Source: Trypanosoma brucei (taxonomy: Eukaryota). Taken from it: a DNA stretch of 64,000 bases. The first letter of the stretch is position 1; each line of letters begins with the position of its first letter. This document shows positions 62,009 through 64,000 of the stretch, one piece after another. Location of the stretch: contig CH464491.1 of NCBI GenBank assembly GCA_000002445.1, forward strand, positions 3,008,001 to 3,072,000, read 5' to 3'. The position numbers and the translations under genes were made by a program. The notes under the pieces are model-generated. The model searched no databases. It worked only from the letters and a program-made list of their open reading frames with translations, and had not been told where the DNA came from.

Positions 62009-64000
62009 ATTGACGCACTTTGTTTGGATAAGGTAAATAAGCAAAGGCATTTTCTTCTCCCCCCCCTATTGTTGTTGTTACTAATATGAATGGGGCGGTG
62101 GCGGTGGCGGGAGGAATTAAGGGGTATAAACTCAAGTGCGTGCACACGCCGGTGTGTCTGCAATGGAAGAGGAGAGAAAATAAATAAAATGAAATCAGAA
62201 GAATGATCACTGACACTCGTGAAGGTGATGTGTGTTTCAACATCGAGTGACCCAACGAACTATTTTATTTGTTGTTTTATTTTTCCCCGATACGATAGCG
62301 GTTTCTTATTTTAGTTTTACTTTACTTCAAATTCTTACTCTCTCTCTCTGTGGGTGTGTGTGTTTTTTACGAATGAGCGAATAGGGAGGAGGAGGAGGCG
62401 GGTGAAAGTTAGTGTAAGCAAGCAACAGCAAGAAAGAAATTTGGTTACACGGAGAACAACAGCACCAAAATAAAGACGTAACGATACTTTAAAAAAAAAA
62501 GAAAGGGAAGAAATTATTTAATTCCGATCGGGGGAAAAGAGGGAGGGAGGGAGGGGAGGGGGTGACAAGGTTAAGTAAGGGTGTAGCAGCACTTTATTTG
62601 TTGTGTATGTTTTAATATTCACATGAGCGCAAACGACGGGATATGTAGCAATTTTCTTTGAATAATAAAAAAAAAAGAGTGACCGCCATTTCCTCCTCCT
62701 CCTCCTGCCGCATCAATGAACGGATACGGGATGGGATATACGGTTTTTATTTATTTATTTTTTGGAGTACCTTTTTTTCTTTTTTCTTTGGTTTCTTTTT
62801 CCATCCTAAATATATATATATATATTTTTTGTATCGCTGGTGTTTCTTTCATCTGTTATCACTTCCCTCACCCACGACCCTCTGTTTCTTTTTTTTTGGT
62901 CCTTTCCGTGTCTGCAGCTGGGAACGAAAAGTAAAAAAACAAAACAAAAAGAAAGAAAGAAAGAGGAATGGATTGCGATGAACCGAAGGCTGCGGAGGAG
63001 TTGGGGCGGGTAGTGGAATGCGATTGGTAAAAGAAGATAATAAAATAAAAAAAAGAAAATATGAAACAAAACGAAGAAATGGAGAAAAATGCGGAATGAT
63101 GACTGCGGGGGTGGGGGCGCGTGCGTTCGTATGAGTTTCGTAACAGAACGAACTGAAAAACTAAGCAGAAAAAAGGAGGAGTAAATCAAAATGAGGAAGA
63201 AAAAAAATAATAACGCAGGATGGGGGGGGGGTGCAATGGGAAGGGGAAGAGTTTGACGCTGTGGAAGAAGAGGATCTCTTTTTCTTATTTTACGCCTTTG
63301 TTTTTTTTTCTTTTTTATCTTTCCGATTTTGTTACCTATCTCTTTTCAGTTTTTATTTCAGTTCACGTTTGGTTTTCCCCTTTGTTTATTTTTTTATTTT
63401 TTTCGTCTCGTGCGTCAAGCTGTGGTGGATTACCCGTCTGCTCGTTTTTATCCATTTTCCTTCCTCTTTTGCGTTTTCAGTGTTTCTGTTTCTGTTTTTT
63501 TTGTTTTTTTTCTCTTCGTGTTTTCCTCCTATTCCTCAATTACACGTGTTATCACTTCTTTACATGAAATTATTTCGTTTTTCTTTTCTCATTTTTTAAA
63601 AATCTTATTTCGGTGTGTTATTGTTTCGTTCTCCCTCTGTTATTTTCCTGTACATAACACTTGAAAAGACAAGTCACAGCGTGAAGGGGAGCAAAGAGCG
63701 AATTCAAGGGGGAAACTGAAACTTAAAAAAAAAGACAAAGAAAAGAAAAGGGAGAGGTGGCGAAGGTTGGGTAATATAAGGCGTTCGTTCCCACCTTTGA
63801 TGAGATAAGTTCACTTCCTCCTCAACATATTCCATTTTTCTGCGGATGCCAGTACATGACTCATTTCCTTTCTTTTTTACTTTAATTCCCACTTCTTGTG
63901 CCATATGTCATGATGTAACTTTGTTTCACCTGCGTGTCACCCTTTAAAATACATAAATAGGTTTACCCACATAAATAAGAGATACGCACCAAATGGGCGG

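Noticed and set aside
1-64000. tRNA genes
   Set aside because: I scanned for T-loop-like GTTCGAATC/GTTCAAATC motifs. The only hits (for example near 47070 and in the repeat array) fall inside protein-coding sequence and lack the surrounding cloverleaf pairing.

Overview
This window reads as a nuclear chromosomal segment from a kinetoplastid, most likely a Trypanosoma species. That assignment is inference from gene content and architecture, not a database hit. It is not a bacterial locus: there are no operon signals, no CRISPR arrays and no recognisable mobile elements. All 25 convincing protein-coding genes lie on the + strand and have no introns. They are separated by pyrimidine-rich tracts of 0.3 to 2 kb, as expected for a single RNA polymerase II polycistronic transcription unit with no strand-switch region.

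Recognisable products in order along the window:
- MutY adenine DNA glycosylase (5' partial)
- Kelch-repeat protein
- Sel1/TPR-like repeat protein
- ribosomal protein S29, a 57-codon gene too short for the ORF track
- coiled-coil protein built from ~318-bp repeats
- GGCT/AIG2-like domain fused to an archaeal-type cofactor-independent phosphoglycerate-mutase (metalloenzyme) domain
- cyclin-box protein
- HD-domain phosphohydrolase-like protein
- PEX11
- MYST histone acetyltransferase
- type II DNA topoisomerase
- eIF2B epsilon
- eIF3e
- 1992-aa protein carrying 24 near-identical 177-bp tandem repeats
- cactin homolog
- MCM6
- WW-domain coiled-coil protein
- TRM61
- RFT1-like protein
- 2-oxoglutarate dehydrogenase E2 (dihydrolipoamide succinyltransferase)

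The findings worth a second look:
- the perfectly homogenised 4.3-kb repeat array inside the 1992-aa ORF
- the GGCT-phosphoglycerate-mutase fusion
- the internally repetitive coiled-coil gene
- the hidden RPS29 gene
- several ORF-free gaps of 1.5 to 2 kb, which could hold ncRNAs or long UTRs

Several CDS starts are placed at internal in-frame ATGs downstream of polypyrimidine tracts rather than at the start of the listed ORF, because the leading part of those ORFs is pyrimidine-tract read-through. All functional calls rest on motif recognition by eye and remain to be confirmed by search.
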